Source: Friedmanniella sp. (GTDB lineage Bacteria > Actinomycetota > Actinomycetes > Propionibacteriales > Propionibacteriaceae). From it: 64,000 nt of DNA. Both the position numbers and the translations under genes were made by a program. Numbering within the stretch: the first letter of the stretch is position 1; each line of letters begins with the position of its first letter. The notes beneath the pieces are model-generated. The model searched no databases. It had not been told where the DNA came from and saw nothing but the letters and a program-made list of their open reading frames with translations. Below are positions 29,803 to 39,519 of this stretch, one piece after another. Location of the stretch: the NCBI GenBank assembly GCA_965218535.1, contig CBDCLF010000001.1:1003150-1067149 (forward strand), in the 5' to 3' direction.

Positions 29803-29819
29803 GGCTGACTCCTCCCGGC

Positions 29820-30059
29820 TCAGCGCGCCGTCGAGGCGTACGGCAGTAGCGCAACCTCGCGGGCGTTCTTGATGGCGATGGCGACCTTGCGCTGCTCCTG
29901 GACCGACAGTCCGGTGACGCGACGCGCGCGAATCTTGCCCCGCTCGGAGATGAACTTCCGCAGCAGAACGGTGTCTTTGTAGTCGATGCGCTGACCCGCG
30001 CGGAGCGGGTTGCTCTTCTTCTTGAAGGGCTTCTCACGCTTGGGAGACTGGTTGGCCAT
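29820..30059 (-). CDS. rpsR: 30S ribosomal protein S18 (Cys-free form)
   Basis: [36 protein letters not shown]. Confidence 0.99.
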   Translation of the reverse strand: MANQSPKREKPFKKKSNPLRAGQRIDYKDTVLLRKFISERGKIRARRVTGLSVQEQRKVAIAIKNAREVALLPYASTAR

Positions 30060-30198
30060 TGTGGTGCTCTCCTTTCGAGCCCGACTGCGCTCTTACGCGT
30101 CGGAATGGGCCTAGTGGATTCGGACGTGTTCAGTTGTCGGCCGTGTTCGATTGTCGGACGATTCAATCGTTGGAGGTTCAAATGGTGAGGCGAATCGC

Positions 30199-30765
30199 CT
30201 AGAAGGGTGGCTCGTCGTTCTGGGGGGTCGCCCATGGGTCGTTCCCGCCCTGACCGGAGGACGGGGCACCGCTGCGGGCACCGGTGGGCTGGCCACCGGT
30301 GGCCCAGGGGTCGTTGCCGACCGAGTTCTGCCCGTTGCCGAAACCGCCGCCGTTGCCGGAACCGCCACCGTTGCCGGCGGACCGACCCCCGCCGCTGCCA
30401 CTGGTGGTACGCGTCACCTTGGCCGTGGCGTAGCGCAGGGCCGGGCCGATCTCGTCGACGTCGACTTCGAAGACGGTGCGCTTGTCACCTTCTCGGGTTT
30501 CGTAACTGCGCGACTTCAGCCGACCCGAGACGACGACCCGCATCCCCTTCTGCAGGGACTCCGCCACGTTCTCGGCGTACTGGCGCCAGACCGCACAGTT
30601 GAGAAACATCGAGTCGCCGTCGCGCCACTCACTGGTCTGCCGGTCGAAGGTACGCGGGGTAGACGCCACGGTGAAGTTGGCGACCGCAGCACCCGAGGGA
30701 GTGAAGCGCAGCTCGGGATCGGCGGTCAGATTGCCGATCAACGTGATAGGGGTTTCGCCTGCCAT
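30199..30765 (-). CDS. ssb: Single-stranded DNA-binding protein
   Basis: [28 protein letters not shown]; C-terminus DEPPF. Confidence 0.99.
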   Translation of the reverse strand: MAGETPITLIGNLTADPELRFTPSGAAVANFTVASTPRTFDRQTSEWRDGDSMFLNCAVWRQYAENVAESLQKGMRVVVSGRLKSRSYETREGDKRTVFEVDVDEIGPALRYATAKVTRTTSGSGGGRSAGNGGGSGNGGGFGNGQNSVGNDPWATGGQPTGARSGAPSSGQGGNDPWATPQNDEPPF

Positions 30766-30948
30766 GGATGGTTCTCCGTCGGTGAGAGGTCGATGATTTG
30801 ATCCCTACAGCCTGCCAGTCGGGACCGACAACACGCCCGGTCGCCCAGCAATCTGTGGACAAGTCCGCGGCGAGCAGCAACGATCGTGGCCGACCGCAGC
30901 CGTCGACCGAGTTTCAGTGGATCACGAATCAGTGCTGGGGATCACGAA

Positions 30949-31239
30949 TCAGTGCTGGTCGGTCCGCATGACCTTGGTCCGCATGATCGACTCGTTGATG
31001 CTGAACTGACGGTCCATCTCCTTGACGTCGTCGGGCTGCGCGGTCAAGGTGACCACGACATAGATGCCTTCGGACTTCTTGCGGATCTCGTACGCCAGCC
31101 GGCGACGACCCCATACGTCCATCTTCTCGACTGTGCCGCCACCCTTGGTGACGACGGTCAGGTACTGCTCCAGCGTGGGCTGCACCGAACGCTCTTCGGT
31201 GTCGGGGTCGAAAATGACCATGACCTCGTAGGGACGCAT
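30949..31239 (-). CDS. rpsF: 30S ribosomal protein S6
   Basis: [24 protein letters not shown]. Confidence 0.99.
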   Translation of the reverse strand: MRPYEVMVIFDPDTEERSVQPTLEQYLTVVTKGGGTVEKMDVWGRRRLAYEIRKKSEGIYVVVTLTAQPDDVKEMDRQFSINESIMRTKVMRTDQH

Positions 31240-31244
31240 GCGCG

Positions 31245-31302
31245 AACTCCACCTCCTCTGGTCTCGAGCGGCCACGGGACGTCCCCGTGGCAGGAGGGCG
31301 AA
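31245..31302 (-). promoter_or_regulatory. S6:S18 ribosomal protein leader
   Basis: CCCTCCT-GCCACGGG..CCCGTGGC-CGC...GAGGAGG directly upstream of rpsF; anti-SD pairing with a hairpin. Confidence 0.8.
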
Positions 31303-31449
31303 TGCCTGCCGGTCGCCTGGTAGGAACCGACATAGACGTCCACCGAACGGCGAACGCCAACGGAGAAATCTACCGCGCCCGCAGCGGGATGGCCAATTCG
31401 GGACCGTGCAGAGAAGCCGGCCACGACAGACCGGTGAACAGTGGACCGG

Positions 31450-32355
31450 TCAGGACGGACCTTCGAGCTGCAGGGCGTGGGTGTGCAGCGTGTGCCGCAC
31501 CGCCATCCCCAACCGCTCGTAGAACCCGCGGGCGCCGGCTCGGGTGTCGGTCGCCAGTCCGACCTCGGCGACCCCCCGGCAGCGGGCGGCGAGCGTGGTC
31601 TGGACCAGCAGTTCCCGGGCCACACCCCGGCGCCGGTGATCGGGCCGTACGGCGAGCTGAGTCACCCACAGCGGGGACCGGCTGCCGACGGCGGGATCGG
31701 TCGCCAAACACGCCCCGACCAGTTCCGGCCCGAGCCGCGCCACCCGGCAGTGGCCCGGCACGACGTCGGGACGGTCGAGAACCGCGGCGCGCCAACCGGC
31801 ATAGTCGGTCTGACCGCCGCCCCACTCGGCGAAGGCGCCGGCTACGAGGGTGTGCACCGCGGGAGCGTCGGCGTCGGTGAGCGGCTCGATCCGGTACTCC
31901 CGCTGCCGTGCCGGGCGGCCCTCGGGCAGGTCACCGGCGAGCACCAGGATCCAGGTCGTGTGGTGTGGTCGGTACCCCTCGGCCTGCAGTGCGTCAAGCC
32001 CTTCGGCGTCGTCAGCGGCAACCGTCCGCTGCACCGACTCGAGTCCCCGCCGTCGGGCTGTACGTTCCCAGCGGGTGGACAGCACCTCGGTCAGCCACGA
32101 TATCGCCGGCTCCGCCGAGACCCCCAGGTCCAAAGTGCCGTCCGGGTCCAGGGTTGCGTAACCGAGGACCTGCCCCTCGGGGGTGACCCAGGCCTCGCTG
32201 TCCCGGTCCAGTCGGAACTCCGGTGTCCGCCACTGCGCGGAGATGTCGTCGGCGGTGAGCAACGGTTCGCCGAAGAAACGCAGGTCGTATTCGCGCTGCA
32301 GCCGCAGCACCGCGGGGAGATCGCCCTCCGTCAGCGGCCGGCTCGTCAGCTCCAT
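31450..32355 (-). CDS. Tandem GNAT family N-acetyltransferase
   Basis: WVTQLAVRPDHRRRGVAR.LL, GA.GFYERLGM; GGAGG before ATG 32355. Confidence 0.87.
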   Translation of the reverse strand: MELTSRPLTEGDLPAVLRLQREYDLRFFGEPLLTADDISAQWRTPEFRLDRDSEAWVTPEGQVLGYATLDPDGTLDLGVSAEPAISWLTEVLSTRWERTARRRGLESVQRTVAADDAEGLDALQAEGYRPHHTTWILVLAGDLPEGRPARQREYRIEPLTDADAPAVHTLVAGAFAEWGGGQTDYAGWRAAVLDRPDVVPGHCRVARLGPELVGACLATDPAVGSRSPLWVTQLAVRPDHRRRGVARELLVQTTLAARCRGVAEVGLATDTRAGARGFYERLGMAVRHTLHTHALQLEGPS

Positions 32356-32519
32356 CGAGCCCTCCATCAGGTTCTCCACGTTCGCGTTCTGCGCCACCGG
32401 TCGGCGCCGCCCCCGCACGCATTGAAAAAGTCGGTGGATAAATTCGCGAGCCGACCTCGGACGAACCCGGCGGGCGATACGATTTCAGCCCTCGCCGACC
32501 GTCGAAGCCAAGGAGCAGT

Positions 32520-32858
32520 GTGATGGCGCAGTACCAGTCCAACCCGGGTCAGGAGATGCCTGCGCAGGGCATGTCTCAACAGGGAATGCCGCCGCAGGGA
32601 ATGCCGCCGCAGGGGGTCGAAGACCCGGGCAAGACGCTCGGCATCGTCGGGTTCGTACTGGCCTTCGTGGCGCCCCTGATCGGCTTGATCTTGTCGATCG
32701 TGGCGCGCAAGCAGTCCCGGACAGCCGGTTTCGACAACGGCCTGGCCAAGGGCGGCATCATCATCGGAGCGATCCTGACGGTCCTTTCCATCGTCCTCGC
32801 CGTGATCTACGTCGTCGTGGTCGTGGCGGCAGTCAACAACGGCACCGTTCCCCGCTGA
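32520..32858 (+). CDS. DUF4190-like membrane protein
   Basis: AAGGAG RBS; QGMPP repeats; PGKTLGIVG, GLILSIVA, GLAKGGIIIG. Confidence 0.82.
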   Translation: MMAQYQSNPGQEMPAQGMSQQGMPPQGMPPQGVEDPGKTLGIVGFVLAFVAPLIGLILSIVARKQSRTAGFDNGLAKGGIIIGAILTVLSIVLAVIYVVVVVAAVNNGTVPR

Positions 32859-32863
32859 CCGCC

Positions 32864-32886
32864 CACGCTCGGCCCCGCCGAGCGTG
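32864..32886 (+). terminator. Hairpin terminator
   Basis: CACGCTCGGC-CCC-GCCGAGCGTG just after the stop. Confidence 0.65.
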
Positions 32887-32913
32887 ATCCGATTTCGCTC
32901 ACCGCACCCCCCG

Positions 32914-33021
32914 CGAAGAAAGTCTCATGGCCCAGGCTACGACAACGGGCTGGCCAAAGCCGGAATCGTCATCGCCGCCGTCCTGATGGTCCTGAGCGCC
33001 GGGTACCGCCTCAACCGATGA
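32914..33021 (+). pseudogene. Remnant paralog of the upstream DUF4190-like gene
   Basis: RRKSHGPGYDNGLAKAGIVIAAVLMVLS aligns with RKQSRTAGFDNGLAKGGIIIGAILTVLS. Confidence 0.7.
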
Positions 33022-33195
33022 ATCTGAGCCGTTGACCCAGATGAGCTCGTCACCGTCCCAGTTCCGGTCGGAGTCCGGCAGCGGGGCGTAGGTTCGGTCA
33101 CCGCGGTGAAAGCGGGATCTTGTTTCGTACGTTCGGCTCCCCGGCCGAGCCACTAAAACGGAGCTGAGTCCTGCGGTGAGGTTAACCTCGCCGCC

Positions 33196-33999
33196 ATGGA
33201 CACCTTGATGATCGGTGGGCACGGCGAACAGACCGACCCGGTGGGTGCGGCCCGGGCCCGGCAGGCGAACCTCGCCCAGTTCTTCCTGGGTGACCCGCAG
33301 GCGTGGAAGGGCCCGCAGGTCGCCTACGCCGGCGGCGCCGCGGCCCTGCAACGAGACGCCTTAGCGGCGGGCATCGCCTTGTACGTGCACGCGCCGTACG
33401 TGCTGAACGTCGCCACCACCAACAACCGGATTCGTATCCCCAGCCGGAAGTTCCTCCAGCAACACGTGGACGCCGCCGCTCAAGTTGGTGCGGCCGGTTT
33501 GGTGGTGCACGGCGGCCACGTGCTGAAGAACGACGACCCGGGCGTCGGCGTCGACAACTGGCGTAAATGCGTCGAGCGGCTCGACCTCAAGGTCCCCCTG
33601 CTGATCGAGAACACCGCCGGCGGCGAGAACGCCATGGCCCGCCGCCTCGACCGGCTGGACCAGCTGTGGGATGTGGTGGCCACAGTGTCGTCCGGCGCCG
33701 GAGTCGGGCTCTGCCTGGACACCTGCCATGCCCACGCCGCCGGGGAGCCGCTGGAGGGTCTGGTCGAGCGGGTCCTGGCCGTCACCGGGCGGATCGATTT
33801 GGTACACGCCAACGACTCTCGCGACGCGTTCGGGTCCGGTGCGGACCGGCACGCCAACCTCGGCGACGGTCACGCCGACGCCGACGCCCTGGTCGAAGTG
33901 GTGCGCCAGGCCGCGGCGCCGGTGGTGGTGGAGACCCCCGGTGAGGCCCCTGGGCAGGCCGACGACATCGCCTGGCTCCGCGCACGCCTGGTCGAGTAG
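33196..33999 (+). CDS. nfo: Deoxyribonuclease IV (AP endonuclease)
   Basis: VHAPY..N, VVHGGH, IENTAG, CLDTCH, VHANDS, DRH. Confidence 0.93.
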   Translation: MDTLMIGGHGEQTDPVGAARARQANLAQFFLGDPQAWKGPQVAYAGGAAALQRDALAAGIALYVHAPYVLNVATTNNRIRIPSRKFLQQHVDAAAQVGAAGLVVHGGHVLKNDDPGVGVDNWRKCVERLDLKVPLLIENTAGGENAMARRLDRLDQLWDVVATVSSGAGVGLCLDTCHAHAAGEPLEGLVERVLAVTGRIDLVHANDSRDAFGSGADRHANLGDGHADADALVEVVRQAAAPVVVETPGEAPGQADDIAWLRARLVE

Positions 34000-34037
34000 C
34001 ACGTCCACGGCGGCATCAGGCTGGTCCGCGCCGCTCA

Positions 34038-34222
34038 CGCACCCTCTGCTGCAGGACGCACCTGTTGCAAGGGGTGCGGCGCACAGCAAGGGGTGCGGCG
34101 CGCAACAAAGGGCGCGGCGCGCAACAAAGGGCGCGGCGCGCAACAAGGGGTGCGGCGCGCAACAAAGGGCGCGGCGCGCAACAAAGGGTGCGGCGCGCAG
34201 CAAAGGGCGCGGCGCGCAGCAA
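34038..34222. repeat. 19-bp tandem repeat (GYGCGGCGCGCAACAAAGG x8) preceded by inverted copies
   Basis: Units at 34074, 34093, 34112, 34131, 34150, 34169, 34188, 34207; CGCACC-containing inverted units at 34038-34062. Confidence 0.9.
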
Positions 34223-34267
34223 CCGGGAGGCTTGGCCGGCCGAGCCCAGGGCGGCGACGCCGATCGC

Positions 34268-35755
34268 TCAGCGGGGCACCGTGAGGGCCAGCGGCCGGGT
34301 CCGCTCGCCGCGTCCGAACACGCAGCGGACGTAGTCGTCGCCGGCTCGTTCGGTCTGCGGCGGGATCGCGTAAACCTCCCAGTCCTCGCGCCGATCCCGC
34401 GGGGCGAGCATGGCGTTCACCACCCCGGCGCTACAGACCCGCTTGATGGTCGAGTCCTGGTCCAACTGGGACTGGCGTCGCACCACGAAGTCCAACCGAC
34501 GGGCGGCGAAGGTCTGGTAGACGTGATTCTTCCGGCACGACGCGGGGGTGGCCACGATCGGGGCGTCGAACGCCGAGGCGAGTCCGCCCCAGCACTGTGG
34601 CGGCTCAGGCCCGCAGAAGACGCCGGCCCGGACCGCCTCGCCGCAGTCCACGAAACCGGCCGGCCGCACCGCTGACGACGACGATCCGGACGGCGAGACC
34701 AGCCCGCTCGACGTCGGTGCCGGCGCTCCGACCGGCGAAGCAGTCGGCGCGGGAGCGGTCGACGTGCGCTGAGCGCCCGGCCCGAACACGGCGGCAATGC
34801 CGCCCAGGACCGCGAGGGTCACCGCGGCCACGATCGCCGGCACCAGCCAGCGGGGGCGGCCCCCGGTCGGATCAGCCGGCTCGTCGCCCGGGCGCCGCTT
34901 CGAAACTGTGACACCGACGCCCTCCGTGGGTGCGCCCAGCGGAACTCCGGCCAGCGCGTCCCGGAACGCCGCCGCGTCGGGTCGGTCGGCCGGGTCGTCG
35001 GCCAGAGCGACCAACACCACCCCCATCAGCGCGGGGTCGACGTCGGCCAAGGGCTGGACCGGCTGACCCAATCGGTCCACCGCGGTCTCCAGATCGGTCG
35101 GTTCGTTGTCCTCGGCGCGCGGTGGGTGCCCGCCGAGCAAGGCGTACAGGGTCGCAGCCAACGAGTAGACGTCCCCGGCCGGCGTCGGGGTGTGCGGAAC
35201 GAAGGTTTCCGGCGCGGCGTATGCCGGGGTCAGCGCCTCCAAGGTCTTGCCTGGTTCCATCCCGGGATCGGGCATCAGGGCGAGGCCGAAGTCGGCCAAG
35301 CCGGCGTGCCCGTAGCCGTCGATCAGGACGTTGGCCGGTTTCACGTCGCGGTGCAGCACGCCCTGGGCGTGCGCGGCGGCCAGGGCGTCGGCGATCCGGA
35401 CCCCCACGTCACGCACCCACCCCGCGTCGGGCCGGTGCTCCGCCTCAACGCGGCGGGTGAGCGATCCGCCGGTGCACAACTCCATCACCAGGTACGGACG
35501 GTCGTCGCTCAGCAGCCCGGCGTCGTGCACGGTGACGATCCCCGGATGTCCCGACATCCGTCCCGCCGCACCCGCCTCGCGCAGGAAACGCTCGCGCTCC
35601 GCCGGGGTGTCCAGGCGACGCTGATCGACCTTGACCGCAACCCGGCGGTTCAGCGACTCCTGCCGGGCCGAGAAAACGGTGGCGAACCCCCCACGCGCCA
35701 GCGGACGCCAGTCCGTGAGGCCCGCGATCTCGGGTCGCGTCACCATGGCGACCAC
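34268..35755 (-). CDS. Membrane Ser/Thr protein kinase with Cys-containing extracellular domain
   Basis: ARGGFATV, VAVK, HRDVKPAN, DFG, APE, DVYSL; one TM helix. Confidence 0.94.
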   Translation of the reverse strand: MVAMVTRPEIAGLTDWRPLARGGFATVFSARQESLNRRVAVKVDQRRLDTPAERERFLREAGAAGRMSGHPGIVTVHDAGLLSDDRPYLVMELCTGGSLTRRVEAEHRPDAGWVRDVGVRIADALAAAHAQGVLHRDVKPANVLIDGYGHAGLADFGLALMPDPGMEPGKTLEALTPAYAAPETFVPHTPTPAGDVYSLAATLYALLGGHPPRAEDNEPTDLETAVDRLGQPVQPLADVDPALMGVVLVALADDPADRPDAAAFRDALAGVPLGAPTEGVGVTVSKRRPGDEPADPTGGRPRWLVPAIVAAVTLAVLGGIAAVFGPGAQRTSTAPAPTASPVGAPAPTSSGLVSPSGSSSSAVRPAGFVDCGEAVRAGVFCGPEPPQCWGGLASAFDAPIVATPASCRKNHVYQTFAARRLDFVVRRQSQLDQDSTIKRVCSAGVVNAMLAPRDRREDWEVYAIPPQTERAGDDYVRCVFGRGERTRPLALTVPR

Positions 35756-35867
35756 GATAACGACGGGTCACCCGCCCCGCTGCGACTTCACGGCGACCGG
35801 GTGGGGACCCGTCCCGGAGCGGCGCCGGGGGTGCACGAACCCGGCCGGGCGCCGATACCCTCACCGG

Positions 35868-38024
35868 GTGAGCCGAAGCGTCTACGTTGCGTCGCCGGAG
35901 GGACTGACGGGCAAGTCGGCGGTCGCGCTGGGGCTGCTGGACGCGTTGACCCGAGAAGTCGGCTCGGTCGGGTTGTTCCGGCCGCTGACCTCGCGGCCGG
36001 CGGGGACATCCTCGCCGCAGCGGGACGTGATCGTGGATCTGCTGCTGGCCCAGCCCGGCTTGGACCAGACCTACGACGAGGCGATCGGGGTCAGCTACGA
36101 CCAGGCCCGGGCCGATCCGGACGAGGCGATGCACCTGATCGTCGAGCGTTTCGGCCGGCTGGCCGGCCGGTTCGAGGTGGTGCTCGTCCTCGGTTCGGAC
36201 TACACCGACGTCTCCACCGGGACCGAGCTGGCCTTCAACGCGCACGTCGCGGCCAACCTGGGCGCCCCGGTGGTGCTGGTCGTGCACGGCCGCGACCGCA
36301 CCCCCGAACAGGTCAGGGTCGCCGCCGACGGTGCCATCGCTGAACTTTCGGACGCCCACGTCGCCACCGTCGCCGTGATCGCCAACCGGGTGTCCCCTGA
36401 CCAACTCGACGCCGTCCAGACCGCGCTGCAGGCTTCGGGCACCGGTCGCGGCTCCGCGGGGGCAAACTTAGGGGTGAACTCAGCGACGGACTCGACGGTG
36501 ATGGTCGCCGCCCTGCCGGAGAACGCGGTCTTGTCCGCGCCGACCTTTTCCGACCTGATCGACGCGGCCGACGCCCGTCTGGTGCTGGGGAACGCGGACC
36601 GGACGCAAGCCGACTGGCACCAAACGGAGTCGCTGGGCCTGATCGTGGCGGCGATGAGCCTGCCGAACGTGTTGACCCGGCTCCGTCCCGACGTGACCGT
36701 GATCGCCCCCAGCGACCGGACCGACCTGCTGCCCGGTCTGGTGCTGGCCCACCAGTCCGGCATCTTCCCGCGGCTGGCCGGGATCGTGCTGACCGGCGGT
36801 TACGCCCTACCGGAGCCGGTCGCGCGGCTCTTGGACGGCGCCCAGCACGACCTGCCGATCGCCCTCACCGCTCTGGAGACCTTCGGCACCGCCGAACGGC
36901 TGCTGCGGGTTCGCGGGCCGATGACCAAGCATTCCACCAACAAGATCGAGACCGCCCGGCGGCTGTTCGCCGAGCAGGTCGACGCCGCCGCGTTGCTGGC
37001 CGCCATCGACGTGTCCGCCTCCGAGGTGCGGACGCCACTGATGTTCGAATACCAGTTGATGGAGCGGGCCCGGGCCGACCGGAAGCACATCGTGCTGCCC
37101 GAGGCCGGCGACGACCGGATCCTGCGAGCCGCGGCCGTGCTGCTGCGCCGTGGCGTGGCCGACCTGACCCTGCTCGGGACGGAGAACGTGATCCGGGGAC
37201 GGGCCGCCAGCCTCGGTCTGGACCTCGACCGGGCCGCAGTGGTCTCGCCGACCGACCGCGAACTGGTCGAGCGGTTCGCCGACGCGTACGCCCAGGCCCG
37301 CGCGCACAAGGGGATGACGGTGGACCGGGCCCGCGAAGTGGTCACCGACGTCTCCTACTTCGCCACCTTGATGGTGCACCTGGGGTTGGCGGACGGGATG
37401 GTGTCCGGTGCGGCGCACACCACCGCCCACACGATCCGGCCGGCGTTGGAGTTCATCCGCACCCGGCCCGGGGTGAGCACGGTGTCCAGCGTGTTCTTGA
37501 TGTGTCTGGCCGACCGGGTCCTGGTCTACGGCGACTGCGCGGTGATCCCGGAGCCGACCACCGAGCAGTTAGCCGACATCGCCACCTCCTCCGCCGACAC
37601 CGCCCGGCAGTTCGGGGTCGAGCCACGGGTGGCGATGCTGTCCTACTCCACCGGCTCCTCCGGTTCGGGGGCGGACGTGGAGAAGGTCCGGGCGGCCACC
37701 GCGCTGGTGGCGCAGCGCGCCCCCGACCTCGCCCTGGAAGGGCCGATACAGTACGACGCGGCCATCGACCCCGACGTGGCCCGGGCCAAACTGCCCGACT
37801 CGGCGGTGGCCGGCCGGGCCACCGTGTTCGTGTTCCCCGATCTCAACACGGGCAACAACACCTACAAGGCGGTGCAGCGCAGCGCCCACGCCGTGGCCAT
37901 CGGCCCGGTCCTGCAGGGTCTGCGCAAACCGGTCAACGACTTGTCCCGGGGAGCGCTGGTCGACGACATCGTCAACACCGTGGCCATCACCGCCGTCCAG
38001 GCCCAGGCGGTGCCGGCGTCGTGA
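35868..38024 (+). CDS. pta: Phosphate acetyltransferase (long form)
   Basis: GKS N-terminal domain, DRTD, IVLPE, GDCAV, MLSYSTG, EGPIQYDAA, PDLNTGN, VNDLSRG. Confidence 0.97.
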   Translation: MSRSVYVASPEGLTGKSAVALGLLDALTREVGSVGLFRPLTSRPAGTSSPQRDVIVDLLLAQPGLDQTYDEAIGVSYDQARADPDEAMHLIVERFGRLAGRFEVVLVLGSDYTDVSTGTELAFNAHVAANLGAPVVLVVHGRDRTPEQVRVAADGAIAELSDAHVATVAVIANRVSPDQLDAVQTALQASGTGRGSAGANLGVNSATDSTVMVAALPENAVLSAPTFSDLIDAADARLVLGNADRTQADWHQTESLGLIVAAMSLPNVLTRLRPDVTVIAPSDRTDLLPGLVLAHQSGIFPRLAGIVLTGGYALPEPVARLLDGAQHDLPIALTALETFGTAERLLRVRGPMTKHSTNKIETARRLFAEQVDAAALLAAIDVSASEVRTPLMFEYQLMERARADRKHIVLPEAGDDRILRAAAVLLRRGVADLTLLGTENVIRGRAASLGLDLDRAAVVSPTDRELVERFADAYAQARAHKGMTVDRAREVVTDVSYFATLMVHLGLADGMVSGAAHTTAHTIRPALEFIRTRPGVSTVSSVFLMCLADRVLVYGDCAVIPEPTTEQLADIATSSADTARQFGVEPRVAMLSYSTGSSGSGADVEKVRAATALVAQRAPDLALEGPIQYDAAIDPDVARAKLPDSAVAGRATVFVFPDLNTGNNTYKAVQRSAHAVAIGPVLQGLRKPVNDLSRGALVDDIVNTVAITAVQAQAVPAS

Positions 38025-39178
38025 CCGAACTCCCGGTCCTGGTCTTGAACGCGGGCTCGTCCTCGCTGAAGTACCAGCTGGTCGTCCCCGAGTCCGCGCA
38101 GGTGCAGGCTCACGGGGTGGTCGAGCGGATCGGCGAGGACGGCGGTGACGCCGCCGACCATGCGCAGGCGATGCGGGTCGTCGACGACCGGCTCGCCCAG
38201 GCCGGGATCCAGCTGGCCAGCGCCGGACTCCGGGCGGTCGGTCACCGGGTGGTGCACGGCGGACCGGACTTCAGCGACCCGACCCTGATCGACGACCAGG
38301 TCGTCCACGACATCCGTGACCTGACTCCGCTGGCTCCGCTGCACAACCCGGGGGCCGTCGCCGGGATCGAAGCGGCCCGAGATGAGTTCGCCGTACCGCA
38401 CGTCGCCGTCTTCGACACCGCGTTCTTCACCACCCTGCCCGCCCCCGCCGCCACCTACGCCCTGCCCCGGGCCTTGATCCGTCAGCACCGGATCCGCCGT
38501 TACGGCTTCCACGGCACCTCCCACCGTTTCGTCTCCCGGGCGACGGCGGAACTGATCGGCGCGCCACTGACGGAGCTGAACCAGATCGTGTTGCACCTGG
38601 GCAACGGCTGTTCGGCCTCGGCGATCCGCGGCGGAGTGGCGGTGGAGACCTCGATGGGCCTGACTCCGCTACAGGGGCTGGTGATGGGCACCCGGTCCGG
38701 CGACGTCGACCCCGCGGTGTTCACCTACCTCCACGCCGCCGGGATGACGGTCGACCAGATCGACACCGTGCTGAACAAGCAGTCGGGACTGAAGGGCCTG
38801 TCGGGGGTGAACGACTTCCGCGAGCTGGAACACCGTCGCCGAGCCGGCGACTCCGACGCCGATCTGGCGTTCGCGGTGTACGTGCACCGACTGCGGCACT
38901 ACGTCGGCGCCTACCTGGCCGTGCTGGGGCGGCTGGACGTGCTCAGCTTCACCGCCGGAGTCGGCGAGCACAGTCCGGTGCTGCGAGCGGCGGTGGTCGA
39001 CGGTCTCGCGGGCCTCGGCCTGGCCGTCGACCCCGGCCGCAACACCGCCGACTCCGACCAGCCCCGGACGATCTCCCCCGACGGGTCACCGGTCGCCGTC
39101 GCCGTCGTCCCCACCAACGAAGAACTCGAGATCGCGCGGCAGACCGCGGCCCTGCTCGAGCGACGGGTCAACGGCTAG
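38021..39178 (+). CDS. ackA: Acetate kinase
   Basis: VLNAGSSSLKY, GHRVVHGG, APLHNP, YGFHGTSH, HLGNG, PTNEE. Confidence 0.98.
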   Translation: MTELPVLVLNAGSSSLKYQLVVPESAQVQAHGVVERIGEDGGDAADHAQAMRVVDDRLAQAGIQLASAGLRAVGHRVVHGGPDFSDPTLIDDQVVHDIRDLTPLAPLHNPGAVAGIEAARDEFAVPHVAVFDTAFFTTLPAPAATYALPRALIRQHRIRRYGFHGTSHRFVSRATAELIGAPLTELNQIVLHLGNGCSASAIRGGVAVETSMGLTPLQGLVMGTRSGDVDPAVFTYLHAAGMTVDQIDTVLNKQSGLKGLSGVNDFRELEHRRRAGDSDADLAFAVYVHRLRHYVGAYLAVLGRLDVLSFTAGVGEHSPVLRAAVVDGLAGLGLAVDPGRNTADSDQPRTISPDGSPVAVAVVPTNEELEIARQTAALLERRVNG

Positions 39179-39283
39179 CCATCGTTCAACACCGCCCTCC
39201 TGGAGTTCGGGTCGGTCGACTAGCGTGGGCACCGGCCAGCAAGCGGTAAAGACCCAGCAAGCGGTGAGGACAAGGAGTCGTCG

Positions 39284-39490
39284 ATGAGCAAGGTCGTGAT
39301 GCCTGTGGGGTTCGTCGTCGGCGCGGTCTGCTACGTGATCGGCATCGTCGGGCTGTTCACCATCCCGGACCTGCACGCGGTGCCCACCCCGAACAGCGTG
39401 GTCAGCTTCGGCGCCGCCGCCATGCTGGGAGTGCTGATCGTCTTGGTGATGCTGTACGCGCACGGCTCCCGGACCGGCGACCAGGAGTGA
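39284..39490 (+). CDS. Small 2-TM membrane protein
   Basis: AAGGAG RBS; two hydrophobic helices. Confidence 0.7.
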   Translation: MSKVVMPVGFVVGAVCYVIGIVGLFTIPDLHAVPTPNSVVSFGAAAMLGVLIVLVMLYAHGSRTGDQE

Positions 39491-39519
39491 GACCAGCCAC
39501 CGGCCCGTAGGGTGACCCG

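Noticed and set aside
29820-30059. Zinc-starvation paralog of S18
   Set aside because: It sits in the canonical operon; a Cys-free primary S18 is usual in several actinobacterial lineages
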